From a virus, in the IMG/VR virus record IMGVR_UViG_3300031539_000002: a stretch of DNA of 64,000 nucleotides; one strand, written 5' to 3'. This document shows, one piece after another, positions 52,058-62,066 of the stretch. A program made the position numbers and the translations under genes. The notes beneath the pieces are model-generated. The model did no database searches. It was not told where the DNA came from and saw nothing but the letters and a program-made list of their open reading frames with translations. Within the stretch, counting starts at the first letter, position 1; the number at the start of each line of letters is the position of its first letter.

Positions 52058-53301
52058 TGCCTATCAAAGTTCGTGTCCGTGACTTCCAGTCCATCGAAGA
52101 CGCCACCATCGTCATCGACGGCTTGACTGTGGTGACGGGCACGAACAATGCCGGCAAGTCTGCTTTCTTCCGTGCCCTTCGGGGAGCCCTGACGAACGCC
52201 AGGGGTTACGACTTCGTTCGCTACGGGGCCAAGTTCTGCACCGTCGATATCGAAGACGTTCCTACAGGGCGCACCCTCACCTGGCAGAAAGGGAAGGGCG
52301 TCAACACTTACATCATCGACGGTAAGGAACTCCCGAAGGTTGGGCATGGTGTCCCCCCCGAGGCGCAGATCTTCGGCGTCGAGTCCATCAAGGCCGGCAA
52401 CTCGGAGCTGTGGCCTCAGATTGCCGCGCAGATTACGGGCGTCAGCTTCCTGCTCCACGAGTCGGGGTCCGTGGTGGCCGAAGCCGTGGCCGATGTTGAC
52501 CGTGTGAACCAACTCAGCCGGGCACTCAAGGACTGTGAGTCCGACAAACGCAGCACCCGAGCCAACCTCAAGGTGCGCCGCAAAGACTCCAAGACCCTGG
52601 CAGAGCGCATGGAAGGGTTTGCGGGTTTGGACGCCGCGGTGGAGGCTGTCGACGCGCTCGATACGCGCCACAAGAAGGCAGAGAAGATCGCCAAGGCCAA
52701 CGCCAACCTCGTGCGTCTCGGGGACCGTGTGACTCGCGCACGTACCGAGGTCCGGGCTCTTGATGGGCTTGAAGAGGCGGCCAAGCGAGTTCCTCCCTCT
52801 GAGCGCATCAGGGGGGTCCGAGAGACCGGCCGGGAGTGGGCTGCTGCGACACACCTCAGCACCCGCCTGGGCACCGCACGAAGCGACGTGCGCACGCTGG
52901 CGGGGCTTGAGGACGTGGAGGGCCTGCTGCCTTCCACAAAGCGTATGGGCTACGTTCAGCAGTTCAGGAAGGCCATCGGAGTGACCGTTGGGCTTGCCAT
53001 GCGCTACGAGGAGGCCAAAACCGAATTGGCCCGTGCGGAGGCTGCGCAGAAAGCTCTGAAAGGCATCACCCTCGACGACAAGAAAGTCGTCCGCATCGGG
53101 AAGTTCAGGAAGGCCCTCGACAACGCGAAGCGGATGCGCAAGAGATACGTGGAGCATCGAGACTCCGTGACGACCCTGGATCACCAGATCAAGGTGATGG
53201 AGGCCGAACTCGCGAAGCTCACAGAACGCGCCGCAGAGGTACTTGGCACCTACCAGGAGTGCCCTACGTGTGGCGGCGGTCTCGACCACGTTCACCAGTA
53301 G
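52057..53301 (+). CDS. SbcC/Rad50-like ATPase, N-terminal half ending at a zinc hook
   Basis: VRDFQSI, GTNNAGKS Walker A, Q-loop, coiled coil, terminal CPTCG; no signature or Walker B. Confidence 0.85.
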   Translation: MPIKVRVRDFQSIEDATIVIDGLTVVTGTNNAGKSAFFRALRGALTNARGYDFVRYGAKFCTVDIEDVPTGRTLTWQKGKGVNTYIIDGKELPKVGHGVPPEAQIFGVESIKAGNSELWPQIAAQITGVSFLLHESGSVVAEAVADVDRVNQLSRALKDCESDKRSTRANLKVRRKDSKTLAERMEGFAGLDAAVEAVDALDTRHKKAEKIAKANANLVRLGDRVTRARTEVRALDGLEEAAKRVPPSERIRGVRETGREWAAATHLSTRLGTARSDVRTLAGLEDVEGLLPSTKRMGYVQQFRKAIGVTVGLAMRYEEAKTELARAEAAQKALKGITLDDKKVVRIGKFRKALDNAKRMRKRYVEHRDSVTTLDHQIKVMEAELAKLTERAAEVLGTYQECPTCGGGLDHVHQ

Positions 53302-53318
53302 GCGTAAAAGGGACGGCC

Positions 53319-53540
53319 ATGCCGTCGATCAACCTCAGGAAGTACAACCGAGTCGCGCTCGAGGCAGAGCTCGCAGGGAAGTCCAACTACGAGGGGCCCC
53401 CTTGCAAGGCTTTTTCCAAGCATGTGGGCTCGGCTGGTACGACGACACGCGACACTGTGCGCCGCACTTGCAACCTCTGTGAGAGGCAGAAAGTGAAGGC
53501 GTGGCAGGAAAGACAGACAGAACGATGCACTTCGACGTAG
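53319..53540 (+). CDS. Small Cys/His protein
   Basis: YEGPPCK…H…R…CNLC. Confidence 0.5.
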   Translation: MPSINLRKYNRVALEAELAGKSNYEGPPCKAFSKHVGSAGTTTRDTVRRTCNLCERQKVKAWQERQTERCTST

Positions 53541-54679
53541 ACAGTCACACCATCTTCCTCGCCGTCACGGGTTCCCATGCCTATGGGATGGCACGACCCA
53601 CATCCGACGTGGACATTCGAGGCGCTGCCGTTGTGCCTCGTGATGTGCGGGATAGCTTCTACTTGAATTTCGACCAGTTTACGGCCGCGACTCAGCAGGG
53701 GCCATGGGGGCCGAACTCAGAGTTCGCCCTCAAGCAGATGGAGCACCACGAGACTGCGGGCCCTTGCTACCGGGGCGAGACGGACCTGTGCGTCTACTCG
53801 CTGACGAAGATGATTGCGTTGGCGGCGAACAACAACCCCAACGTGCTTGAGCTACTGTTCATGGACAACCGGGACGTGTTGTTCGCCACCGGGAAGTGGG
53901 AAGAGATCCTCGAGGGACGCGATCTGTTCCTCTCCAAGAAGTGCCGCCACTCCTACACGGGGTATGCGATGTCGCAGCTAAAGCGCATCCAAGGGCACCG
54001 GGCTTGGCTACTCAACCCGCCTTCGGCACCCCCGACACGGGAAGAGTACGGACTGCCCAACGAGTCTGTACTCCCGGCCGACGTGCGCAATCAGATCGAT
54101 GAAGCCGTCAAAAAGATCATTGCGCAGTGGCAGCTCACCGATGGATTTGAGGATTTGCTCGTGGGCGGTGCGCTCGACTCACTTGTGAATCGCATGAGGG
54201 ATTTCCACTCGACGATGTTGCAGTGCGAAGACGGCATGCTCGATGAGAAGGTGTACGAGCTCGCGGGGGCGAGCATCGGTTTGTCGAAGGACATGCTCTA
54301 CGCCATCAAGCAGGAGCGGAAGTACCGGGCCGCGCTCAAGCACTGGCAGCAGTTCAAGACGTGGAAAACGGAACGCAACGAGAAGCGAGCCGAACTCGAG
54401 GCCGAACATGGCTACGACACGAAGCATGCGTCGCATCTCATTCGCCTTCTGCGGACAGGGCTTGAGATTCTGACCGAGCACACGGTCAAGGTGCGTCGCC
54501 CCGATGCCGAGGAACTCATGGCGATCCGGGATGGGCGCTGGAGCTACGACGAGTTGATGGAACAGGCCGAGAATCTCCAAGCGGAGATCTCCGAAGCCTA
54601 CAAGACGAGTACGTTGCGCAAAGCTCCCGAAGTGGCCAAGATTGACGAACTTCTTCTGTCGGTTCTGAGCGGGGTGTAG
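53525..54679 (+). CDS. Pol-beta-superfamily nucleotidyltransferase (YcgL/Nuc-transf type)
   Basis: GSHAYG…[35 protein letters not shown]. Confidence 0.88.
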   Translation: MHFDVDSHTIFLAVTGSHAYGMARPTSDVDIRGAAVVPRDVRDSFYLNFDQFTAATQQGPWGPNSEFALKQMEHHETAGPCYRGETDLCVYSLTKMIALAANNNPNVLELLFMDNRDVLFATGKWEEILEGRDLFLSKKCRHSYTGYAMSQLKRIQGHRAWLLNPPSAPPTREEYGLPNESVLPADVRNQIDEAVKKIIAQWQLTDGFEDLLVGGALDSLVNRMRDFHSTMLQCEDGMLDEKVYELAGASIGLSKDMLYAIKQERKYRAALKHWQQFKTWKTERNEKRAELEAEHGYDTKHASHLIRLLRTGLEILTEHTVKVRRPDAEELMAIRDGRWSYDELMEQAENLQAEISEAYKTSTLRKAPEVAKIDELLLSVLSGV

Positions 54680-54689
54680 AACCGATACG

Positions 54690-55643
54690 ATGGACAACTT
54701 CGCCGACGACCCTTACCTCGACATCCTCAAAGCTCTCCTGACGGAGGGCATCCGCAAGGGAGACCGCACCAAGACAGGGATGCGGGAGATCTTCGGTGCC
54801 CCGCAGATGGTGTTTGATCTCAACACAGGCAAGTTCCCGCTGTTGACGACCAAGAAGATGTTCACGAAGGGGATTTTGGTTGAGCTGCTTTGGTTCCTGC
54901 GTGGCGACACCAACATCAAGTTCCTGCACGACCACGATGTTCACATCTGGGACGAATGGGCTGACGAGAATGGAGACCTCGGCCCGGTCTACGGTGCGCA
55001 GTGGAGGTCATGGTCGACAGCGCCAGATGACGGCAACAACAACGACGTGCCACCGGTCATTGATCAGATCGCGGACCTCATTGAGGAGATCAAGACGAAG
55101 CCGGATTCGCGCCGCATGATGGTGACGGCTTGGAACCCCTCTGAGATCCCGAACATGCGTCTTCCTCCGTGCCACTGCATGTTCCAGACGAATTCGCAGC
55201 CCATGTCGCATGAGCGTCGGGCTCAGTGGGCCACTTCGCAGGGCTGGTACGACCCGTCGAGTCTCAACTCGGACACCTCCAAGGCGTCGTTGGACGCATG
55301 GGGAGCCCCCACACGCGAGCTGCACCTCAAGCTCTACCAGCGGAGTGCAGACTGGTTCCTCGGAGTGCCCTTCAACATGGCCAGCTACGCGATGCTGACC
55401 ATGATGCTTGCCAAACTCTGCGGCATGGCCCCTGGCCGATTCATCCACACATTCGGCTCAGCCCACCTGTACGAGAACCACCTCGAGCAGGCCAAGATGC
55501 AGCTTGAGCGCACTCCGTTCGCGGCTCCGACCATGAAGATCCTTCCCAATGAAGTGAGCAGCATCGACGGGTTCCGCCTTGAGGACTTCGCGCTCGAAGG
55601 CTACGAACATCACCCGGCGATCAAGGCTCCGATCGCCGTCTGA
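54690..55643 (+). CDS. thyA: Thymidylate synthase
   Basis: [53 protein letters not shown]. Confidence 0.96.
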   Translation: MDNFADDPYLDILKALLTEGIRKGDRTKTGMREIFGAPQMVFDLNTGKFPLLTTKKMFTKGILVELLWFLRGDTNIKFLHDHDVHIWDEWADENGDLGPVYGAQWRSWSTAPDDGNNNDVPPVIDQIADLIEEIKTKPDSRRMMVTAWNPSEIPNMRLPPCHCMFQTNSQPMSHERRAQWATSQGWYDPSSLNSDTSKASLDAWGAPTRELHLKLYQRSADWFLGVPFNMASYAMLTMMLAKLCGMAPGRFIHTFGSAHLYENHLEQAKMQLERTPFAAPTMKILPNEVSSIDGFRLEDFALEGYEHHPAIKAPIAV

Positions 55644-55660
55644 GCAGGGTAAGATGGGGC

Positions 55661-55906
55661 ATGTCCTGTCACGACGACCGGGTCTCGGCGCATAAGGCCG
55701 TGGCCAAAGAGGTGTTCCCTCAACTAACCGAGGCACAGCTTGAGGGAGTCTGGGCTCTGTGGGCGTACCACAGTCCTAAGGCGTATCGACAGGACCACGA
55801 CGATGCTTTGTGCGGCTACTTGACGACGGAGTGTGGAGTCCCACACATCGAAGAAGCCCGGAAGCTCATTCGGGCTCTTCACAAATACGACCTGTGTTTG
55901 TTTTGA
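55661..55906 (+). CDS. Hypothetical protein
   Basis: 81-aa ORF with a -10-like box 5 nt upstream. Confidence 0.55.
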   Translation: MSCHDDRVSAHKAVAKEVFPQLTEAQLEGVWALWAYHSPKAYRQDHDDALCGYLTTECGVPHIEEARKLIRALHKYDLCLF

Positions 55907-56129
55907 GGCGCGGGGCGAGCTCGTCGTAGTTCGTCCACTTGACGTAGGGGTGGCCGCATGGGCAATGCGCCCCTGAGTAAGTGGGAGGGAGCCTGCCGTC
56001 GGCACGCATCCGGGACCGTTCGGCCAAGTTCTCTCCCCATTTGCGGCCGCACCTAAGACACTCGTAGAGCGCGATCGGGTCCCCTTGGTCCTTCTTCCGA
56101 CCGGGCTTTTTTCGTTTCCATCGAGCCAC
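55866..56129 (-). CDS. Small zinc-ribbon protein
   Basis: YECLRCG…HCPCGHPYVKWTNY. Confidence 0.55.
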   Translation of the reverse strand: MARWKRKKPGRKKDQGDPIALYECLRCGRKWGENLAERSRMRADGRLPPTYSGAHCPCGHPYVKWTNYDELAPRLKTNTGRICEEPE

Positions 56130-56198
56130 GCCAAGGAACCTTACCGAACACAGAAGGTAGTTTTACGAAGCCGGGGAACTCGTCGGGTAGAATCCCTG

Positions 56199-57182
56199 AT
56201 GATTCGTCTCCTCTGGCGCACAGACGTGCACACCCGAGACTCGGGCCCTGAGTCTCGTACGGACGATTGGGCCGACACGGTGATGGGCAAGCTCACCGAA
56301 GTCGGGCAGATCGCGCGTAAGCACGAATGTCACGCCGTAATCGATGGCGGCGACTTTTTCGATGACAAGACCCCCATCAGGACGACGCACCGTCTCGTGA
56401 GCCGCGTGGCCCGTGTTCACCAGGGCTACCCGTGTCCGGTGTTCGCCAACGTCGGAAACCATGACGTGCGCCTGGCACAGCTCGGCAACCTCCATGAGAA
56501 CCCACTTGAGGTTCTGTACGCCACGGGAGTGTTCTACCGCCTGTACGACGAGCACGAGTGTGTGATCGACAAGGAGGGCGTGAAGGTCCGCGTGGTGGGC
56601 ATCCCCTACCACGGCCCTCGCTACGACCTTGAGCGGTTCAAGGCCATCGAGCGCGGGGACGAGGACTATCTGATCTGCAACGCTCATGTCCTCGCGTCGC
56701 CTCAGGGTGGCGAGATGTTCAAGGGCGAGGACATTCTGCGCTACTCCGATCTGCCGAGCCTCAACCCAAACGTGGATGTTTGGTGTTTTGGCCACTGGCA
56801 TAAGAACCAAGGCATCACGCAGATCGCCGATGACAAGTGGGTGGTCAACACCGGGAGCCTCACTCGAGGAGCCCTGACCGAGGACAACGTGGAGCGCGAG
56901 CCCGGTGTCGTCGTCATGGGATTCTGGCCGAGGGATCGCAACATGCCCCCCACCCTGGAGTTCGTGAAAATCGGGGTGAAGCCCGCGAAGGAGGTATTTG
57001 ACATGGAAAAACGCGTCCGAGAAGAGGCCCGAGCCGTGACTGTCGATGCCTTCGTGGAGTCCGTGAAGAAGGAATTGCAGACCTCCTCCGACAAGCCCTT
57101 TCCCGAACTCATTCGCGAGCTCGACATGCCCTCCAAGGTCAAGGAACGAGCACTTGAGTACCTCGACAAGGCCCGTAGGTAG
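56199..57182 (+). CDS. SbcD/Mre11-like metallophosphoesterase nuclease
   Basis: TDVH, GGDFFD, GNHD, AH, FGHWH, NTGSLTR. Confidence 0.88.
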   Translation: MIRLLWRTDVHTRDSGPESRTDDWADTVMGKLTEVGQIARKHECHAVIDGGDFFDDKTPIRTTHRLVSRVARVHQGYPCPVFANVGNHDVRLAQLGNLHENPLEVLYATGVFYRLYDEHECVIDKEGVKVRVVGIPYHGPRYDLERFKAIERGDEDYLICNAHVLASPQGGEMFKGEDILRYSDLPSLNPNVDVWCFGHWHKNQGITQIADDKWVVNTGSLTRGALTEDNVEREPGVVVMGFWPRDRNMPPTLEFVKIGVKPAKEVFDMEKRVREEARAVTVDAFVESVKKELQTSSDKPFPELIRELDMPSKVKERALEYLDKARR

Positions 57183-57191
57183 AGTGATTTC

Positions 57192-58118
57192 GTGACGGTG
57201 AAGCATCTCAGGACCCTGTACTGGTCGCATCTCCAGGCTTACGAGGAGTGCCCTCAGAAGTGCTTCTGGCAATACGGATGGGGCGACATCGATCAAGGAC
57301 GAGGCCCCGGCAAGGGGCGTCCTAAGCCCGAGGACAAGTCCATGCACCATGCGGTCATGGGCATCGTCATCCAGGCCGTCCTCGAGGATCTCTACAACAA
57401 GGAGATGTGGAAGCAGCCGCAGGAGCTCAAAAAGCGCCTGATCGAACTGACGAAGGAGAAGCTCACATCGTCGTTGCCACGTTTCTACATCGACTGGGAC
57501 CAGACTTCGTTCTCCGAGATGGAGGAAGTCTGCATGGATGGCGTCTTGGGCTATCTCAAGACGATGAAGGCCCACAACCTGCTGGGGGTCTATGCGCGCA
57601 GTGAGGTCGAGCTCTACGGGTTTGCCGCCAACTGGCTCCCGCTCGGGGGCCGGGCTGACTTCGTGATTCGCCGGGATGACACGGGCATCACTTTGCTCGA
57701 TGGCAAGAACAGCGGAACCAAGCTCAAGTACGTCGATCCCGACCAGCTCCGGTGGTACGCCCTGTGCTTCTCACTGGCCTACAGGAAGCTTCCTGACCGT
57801 TTGGGGTTTGCGTGGTTCCGCTATCCGACGGACGCCGAGGCGGGGGAGCCGGGGATCGATTGGGTGGATTTCACGAAGCGGGATCTCGTCGCCCTGGTGG
57901 ATCGGGCCAAGAAAGTACGCCGGGGTCAAGAGGCCGGGAAGTTCAAGGCAACGCCCTCCTACAAGGTCTGTCGCTTCTGTGACTACGAGTCTGTGTGCGA
58001 GGAGAGGCAACAGGCCAAAGCTGAGAACTCGGCCAAACGACAACGTAAAGTTAAGAGCCTCCCAATTATTGACGAAGCTGAGGGCGGCGTCATCCAGTTC
58101 GGGTTCGGTAGCGAGTAG
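57192..58118 (+). CDS. PD-(D/E)XK nuclease (AddB/Cas4-like) with Fe-S-type cysteines
   Basis: YEECP, GRAD, LDGK, QLRWYA, CRFCDYESVC. Confidence 0.85.
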   Translation: MTVKHLRTLYWSHLQAYEECPQKCFWQYGWGDIDQGRGPGKGRPKPEDKSMHHAVMGIVIQAVLEDLYNKEMWKQPQELKKRLIELTKEKLTSSLPRFYIDWDQTSFSEMEEVCMDGVLGYLKTMKAHNLLGVYARSEVELYGFAANWLPLGGRADFVIRRDDTGITLLDGKNSGTKLKYVDPDQLRWYALCFSLAYRKLPDRLGFAWFRYPTDAEAGEPGIDWVDFTKRDLVALVDRAKKVRRGQEAGKFKATPSYKVCRFCDYESVCEERQQAKAENSAKRQRKVKSLPIIDEAEGGVIQFGFGSE

Positions 58119-58129
58119 AAGGAGGGAGC

Positions 58130-58411
58130 ATGTCGGAGAACCTCGACCAAGAGCTCGACCAAGTTGTCGAGCGTCGCAAAAAGGTGGCCGAGGCCATCGA
58201 GCGACTCAAGGGCCGCAAAGAGCAGGCCGAAACCAATCTCGCAGCCGTCGAAGAGGAGTGCCGGGCGAAGAACATCGACCCGGACAAGATCGACGACATC
58301 ATCGCCCAGCTCGACGGAAAGTACCGCGAGCAAATCGAAGAACTGAAGAATGACACCGAAGAAGCAGAACGGGCTCTTGCGCCGTTCATCGGAGGAGAAG
58401 CAACCCCATGA
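58130..58411 (+). CDS. Small coiled-coil protein
   Basis: Heptad pattern throughout; GGAG SD. Confidence 0.7.
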   Translation: MSENLDQELDQVVERRKKVAEAIERLKGRKEQAETNLAAVEEECRAKNIDPDKIDDIIAQLDGKYREQIEELKNDTEEAERALAPFIGGEATP

Positions 58412-59556
58412 AAATCGAAGTCGCGAAGCCTGATCTTGAGGCGGCCCTCCAAGTGGTGTCTATTGGCACCGCCTCGACGGGGTCGGACCTCACCACCCAC
58501 TTTGTCTTCCGCCGTCGTGACGGCGTGGTCGAAGTGCTCTCCAACAACAACCGCCTTGGGTGCTCGATGCCCATCGCCGGCTGCAACGTCGAAGAAGGCG
58601 GCGCCGATGCGTTCACAGTAGAGTCCTCTCGTCTCAACAAGTGGATCTCTGCCGTCGAAGACGCATCCCTCACCCTCGAACTCGAAGACGGCACCGTCAG
58701 GGCGACGAGCCCCAAAGGTTCGGTCAAGTTCCAATCCCTCGACCCGGCGCAGTTCCCCTACTGGGACGAGACACTGGGGGACACTGCCGACGGCATCTCC
58801 CTCAACGCCAAGCGTCTTCAAAGTGCCCTGCGGCATGTCAAGCTCTTCATCTCCGACAAGGACACCACGACTCCTAAGCTCGCGGTGACGGAGATCTCCA
58901 ACGGGTCCTTGCAAGCCACGGACAAGGGGGCTTTGGCGGTCGTCACCATCAAAGAACTCGCCAAGAGCAATCTCCGCATCCACGGCAAGGACCTTGCGCA
59001 AGTGCTGGCCTTCCTCGGCTCGTGCGGAGAGGATGCTGTTGAGATCAAAGAGCACGAACGCTGCTTGTTCCTGGTGCGCCAGGACGGCGGTGTTTTGTCC
59101 GTGGGCCGTCCACACCACGCGTTCCCTGACATCCAGCTCGACAAGAAGCCAGGCGACCCGCATTGGTGGTCCCTCAAGGCCGATGACTTGCAGTCGGCCA
59201 TCAACGCATTGTCGGCATCGGCATCAAAGGAAGACACGCGTCTCACCTTCAGTCTTGAAGGGGGCACCGTGGGGCTTTCCATGACGAGCGCCCCCGGAGA
59301 CAAGGTCACTCTTCATCTCGAAGCCATCGAACACGGCGCCGCAGAGGACGCCAAGATCGACATGCCCGAGAAGGGCTTCGACATCGCGTATCCGTACTTG
59401 CTCAAGCTCCTCGGCCAGCATCGAGGAGAGACGATCAAGTTCGGGCTCAACCCGCAGCTCGACAAGAAGACAAAAAAGCCGGGCGGTGGTTGGGTGCGGT
59501 TCCGTGAGGACCGTGACGGCGACGATTACCTCACCCTCCTCGTCTGGCTCCTGTGA
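58408..59556 (+). CDS. dnaN: DNA polymerase III beta-like sliding clamp
   Basis: 382 aa; MKIEVAKPDLEAALQVV, LDPAQFP, LQATD, FPD, YLLKLL three-domain pattern. Confidence 0.8.
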   Translation: MKIEVAKPDLEAALQVVSIGTASTGSDLTTHFVFRRRDGVVEVLSNNNRLGCSMPIAGCNVEEGGADAFTVESSRLNKWISAVEDASLTLELEDGTVRATSPKGSVKFQSLDPAQFPYWDETLGDTADGISLNAKRLQSALRHVKLFISDKDTTTPKLAVTEISNGSLQATDKGALAVVTIKELAKSNLRIHGKDLAQVLAFLGSCGEDAVEIKEHERCLFLVRQDGGVLSVGRPHHAFPDIQLDKKPGDPHWWSLKADDLQSAINALSASASKEDTRLTFSLEGGTVGLSMTSAPGDKVTLHLEAIEHGAAEDAKIDMPEKGFDIAYPYLLKLLGQHRGETIKFGLNPQLDKKTKKPGGGWVRFREDRDGDDYLTLLVWLL

Positions 59557-59560
59557 GGCG

Positions 59561-60232
59561 ATGTCGCTTCCTGAGCTTCCAGACTTGACTCGAGTGAGGG
59601 CCAAGGCCACCAAGGCTTTGGCTCTCCGCTCGGCGTTGGAGGCTCAGATTGCGGAGAACGACGCAGAGGTTAGCGACCTCGAGAACGAGGATGAACTGCT
59701 CGAACTCGTGGGCAGTCTGATCCGTCGGCTCATCGACGCAGAGGTGACCGATGGGGTCAAGGCTGTGGAGAAGCTCCAGACCGAAGGGTTGCAGGAGATT
59801 TTCCACGACCAAAACCTTTCGGTGCGTGCGGAGGTCGAGGAGTCTCGAGGAAAGGTGTCCGTTACCTTCTTCACTGCGCGCGAACGCAAGGATGGGTCTG
59901 TAGTGGAGGGGGTGGCCGACCAGTCCTTCGGGGGCTCCATCCTGACGATGCAGAGTGTCCTGATGCGTATCACCGTCATCTTCCGCCGGGGTATGCGCCC
60001 ATTGCTCCTGCTGGACGAAACACTTGCGGCGGTGGCCAATCGCTATGTCGACAGGGCTGCAAAGTTCCTGTCCACGCTTTCCAAACGCCTGGATCTCGAC
60101 ATCTTGCTCATCTCGCACGATGAAGCCCTTGTGGGGGCTGCGACCAACGCGTACTACGTCACCTATGTCAAAGACCGAGCCCGCTTCCGTAAGGTGACGG
60201 CTGAGGATCTGAAGAAAGATGGTGTGCGGTGA
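59561..60232 (+). CDS. SbcC/Rad50-like ATPase, C-terminal half
   Basis: Short coiled coil, SFGG signature, LLLLDE Walker B, LISHD H-loop; no Walker A. Confidence 0.85.
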   Translation: MSLPELPDLTRVRAKATKALALRSALEAQIAENDAEVSDLENEDELLELVGSLIRRLIDAEVTDGVKAVEKLQTEGLQEIFHDQNLSVRAEVEESRGKVSVTFFTARERKDGSVVEGVADQSFGGSILTMQSVLMRITVIFRRGMRPLLLLDETLAAVANRYVDRAAKFLSTLSKRLDLDILLISHDEALVGAATNAYYVTYVKDRARFRKVTAEDLKKDGVR

Positions 60233-60750
60233 AAAGCGAGGGTCAAGTCAAGCAGAAGCTCAAGCAGGTGATCTACCGTCACCGGAAGAGCCATGTCGAG
60301 CGAGGCATGACGCGCATCCCAGAGAACTGCACGCACAACAGGGCTGTGCGTCTGCCAGTGCATACAGGCAACCGTGCCGTCATCCATGTGTGCGCCTACT
60401 TGGTCTCTGAGACGGAGCCCAACGACGTGGTGTGCGATTCGACGATGGCGGGGGAAGTGCAGGCTCGTGAGTGCCCGTATTTCGAGGGATGCCATTCGGC
60501 CGAGGATCTCAAGGACGAGTTCACCCGGAACCTTGGGCTTGACGGGAGCCCCGTCAACATCGGGGTCATCGCCAAGGAATACCCGGACGTGGCCGCGCTC
60601 ATGTGGGCACTCGGCCCGGATAAGAAGATGGACACGAAGGCCCCTGCGGAACCCGGCGACTCGGGCATCCTTGCGTTCTTCGGTGAATCACTCGAGGAAC
60701 CTGACGTGGTTCCTGAACGCCCGCTCGTGGAGGATTCCGATGACCGCTAG
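60229..60750 (+). CDS. Cys-containing hypothetical protein
   Basis: GTGA-coupled ORF; PENCTHN…C…VCD…CPYF. Confidence 0.7.
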   Translation: MKSEGQVKQKLKQVIYRHRKSHVERGMTRIPENCTHNRAVRLPVHTGNRAVIHVCAYLVSETEPNDVVCDSTMAGEVQARECPYFEGCHSAEDLKDEFTRNLGLDGSPVNIGVIAKEYPDVAALMWALGPDKKMDTKAPAEPGDSGILAFFGESLEEPDVVPERPLVEDSDDR

Positions 60751-61360
60751 CCTTCTTGAAATCGTCAATTTCGACAGCACGGTGAAGCAAACTCGCCGAG
60801 GAGCCGCAGCCCCTCTCATGATGGAGTTCCAAGTCAACGCCGAGCTCGCCCCGTTTTTGGTCTCGAGTACCAGGTCGGTCCAGTGGGTGAACAGCACGTC
60901 GGAGACGGGAACCATTCGAGCCGCCATACGCAAGCGACACGGCATCGAGTCCGAAATCATCGCCGCCATTGTCGATGCCGGGCAGCAAGCCGGGTGGGGC
61001 AACGTCCACGATCTCACCTCCGAGGGTGTGCTCAAATGTCTTGAGCACGTCGCGTCCTACGAGCTGGCTCCTTTGGAGATTCTCGTGGCTGAGGATACGA
61101 ACCTTGAGGGTGTCGAGATCCCCAAGGATGTCGGTGTTGTGACGGCCTCGTGGATGCCTCAGAACGCTCTGGCCGTCGTCCCTGTAGACCGCGGCTTCGT
61201 GGGAACACTCGGAACCATCGGCAAACACAAAGCCGTCTGTGTCCTTCACAACCCAAGCCGCGGCATCGCAGTGGCTGCTCGTCTTGAGGAAACTTCGGTG
61301 ACTTCCGCGGAGAAGCCGCCAGAGTCCGCAGGACATGAGACCGCGGAGGTCGAGGCATAG
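60740..61360 (+). CDS. Hypothetical protein
   Basis: ATG 60740 with a GGAGG SD. Confidence 0.7.
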   Translation: MTASLLEIVNFDSTVKQTRRGAAAPLMMEFQVNAELAPFLVSSTRSVQWVNSTSETGTIRAAIRKRHGIESEIIAAIVDAGQQAGWGNVHDLTSEGVLKCLEHVASYELAPLEILVAEDTNLEGVEIPKDVGVVTASWMPQNALAVVPVDRGFVGTLGTIGKHKAVCVLHNPSRGIAVAARLEETSVTSAEKPPESAGHETAEVEA

Positions 61361-62055
61361 TGGCAGCAAGTGCCCTGTCCGCGTGGCTCGCTGCCGCGCT
61401 CCAGTTGTGCTCCCTCTCAGAGGACGCACGCGACTACCTGATGGGTCGCGGAGCTACCCCCGAGGTCATCGAGCAGTGGAAGCTCGTGACCTTTGAGGCG
61501 CCTCCTGAGCCCTGTCCTGACGAGCGCCTCCACAAGCATTACGGGACGAACTTCGACCGGTTCGAGGGCAAGGTCATCTACCCGCTCTACAGCCCCCGAG
61601 GACGACTCCTGGGTTTTGACAGCCGCACGCCCTACGCCAAGGACGACGACCGTTACCTGCTGCCTGAGAGCCGCTGGAATCCCGTGTGGATCGGCATGCC
61701 GGCGGCGATGCCCGCCATCTGGAAAGGCGCCGACATCATCGTGGTCGAAGGACGGTTCGACGTGTGGGCGATGCTGCACGCCACCACCCGAGGCCAAGCG
61801 GTGCTTGGATCAGGGCCAGCTCACCTGTCCTACAAGCAGACTGAGTTTCTGCGGCGATGGGCTCAGAGCGATGTCTACATGGGATACGACAATGATGCCG
61901 CCGGCAAGAAGGGGATTGCCGACGCGCTCAAGCACCTGGAGATGAAGCGGGTATCGTGCAATGAGCTTCGCTACGGGCGTACTGGAGACGACCCGGGAGC
62001 TATCTGGGATCGTGGCGGCGTTGAGGCTCTTCAGGAAGCATTCCCCCACCTGTAA
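61360..62055 (+). CDS. DnaG-type primase catalytic/TOPRIM domain lacking a zinc-binding domain
   Basis: YLMGRG, IYPL…GFDSR, VVEGRFD, YDNDAAG, DDPG. Confidence 0.85.
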   Translation: MAASALSAWLAAALQLCSLSEDARDYLMGRGATPEVIEQWKLVTFEAPPEPCPDERLHKHYGTNFDRFEGKVIYPLYSPRGRLLGFDSRTPYAKDDDRYLLPESRWNPVWIGMPAAMPAIWKGADIIVVEGRFDVWAMLHATTRGQAVLGSGPAHLSYKQTEFLRRWAQSDVYMGYDNDAAGKKGIADALKHLEMKRVSCNELRYGRTGDDPGAIWDRGGVEALQEAFPHL

Positions 62056-62066
62056 AGGAAATCACC

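Noticed and set aside
53525-54679. Nucleotidyltransferase as a CBASS cyclase or toxin-antitoxin component
   Set aside because: Motifs fit the YcgL/Nuc-transf family common in large phages; no adjacent effector or HEPN gene
57192-58118. Cas4-like nuclease as a sign of CRISPR-Cas
   Set aside because: No other cas genes and no repeat-spacer array seen; stand-alone PD-(D/E)XK nucleases are usual in phage recombination clusters
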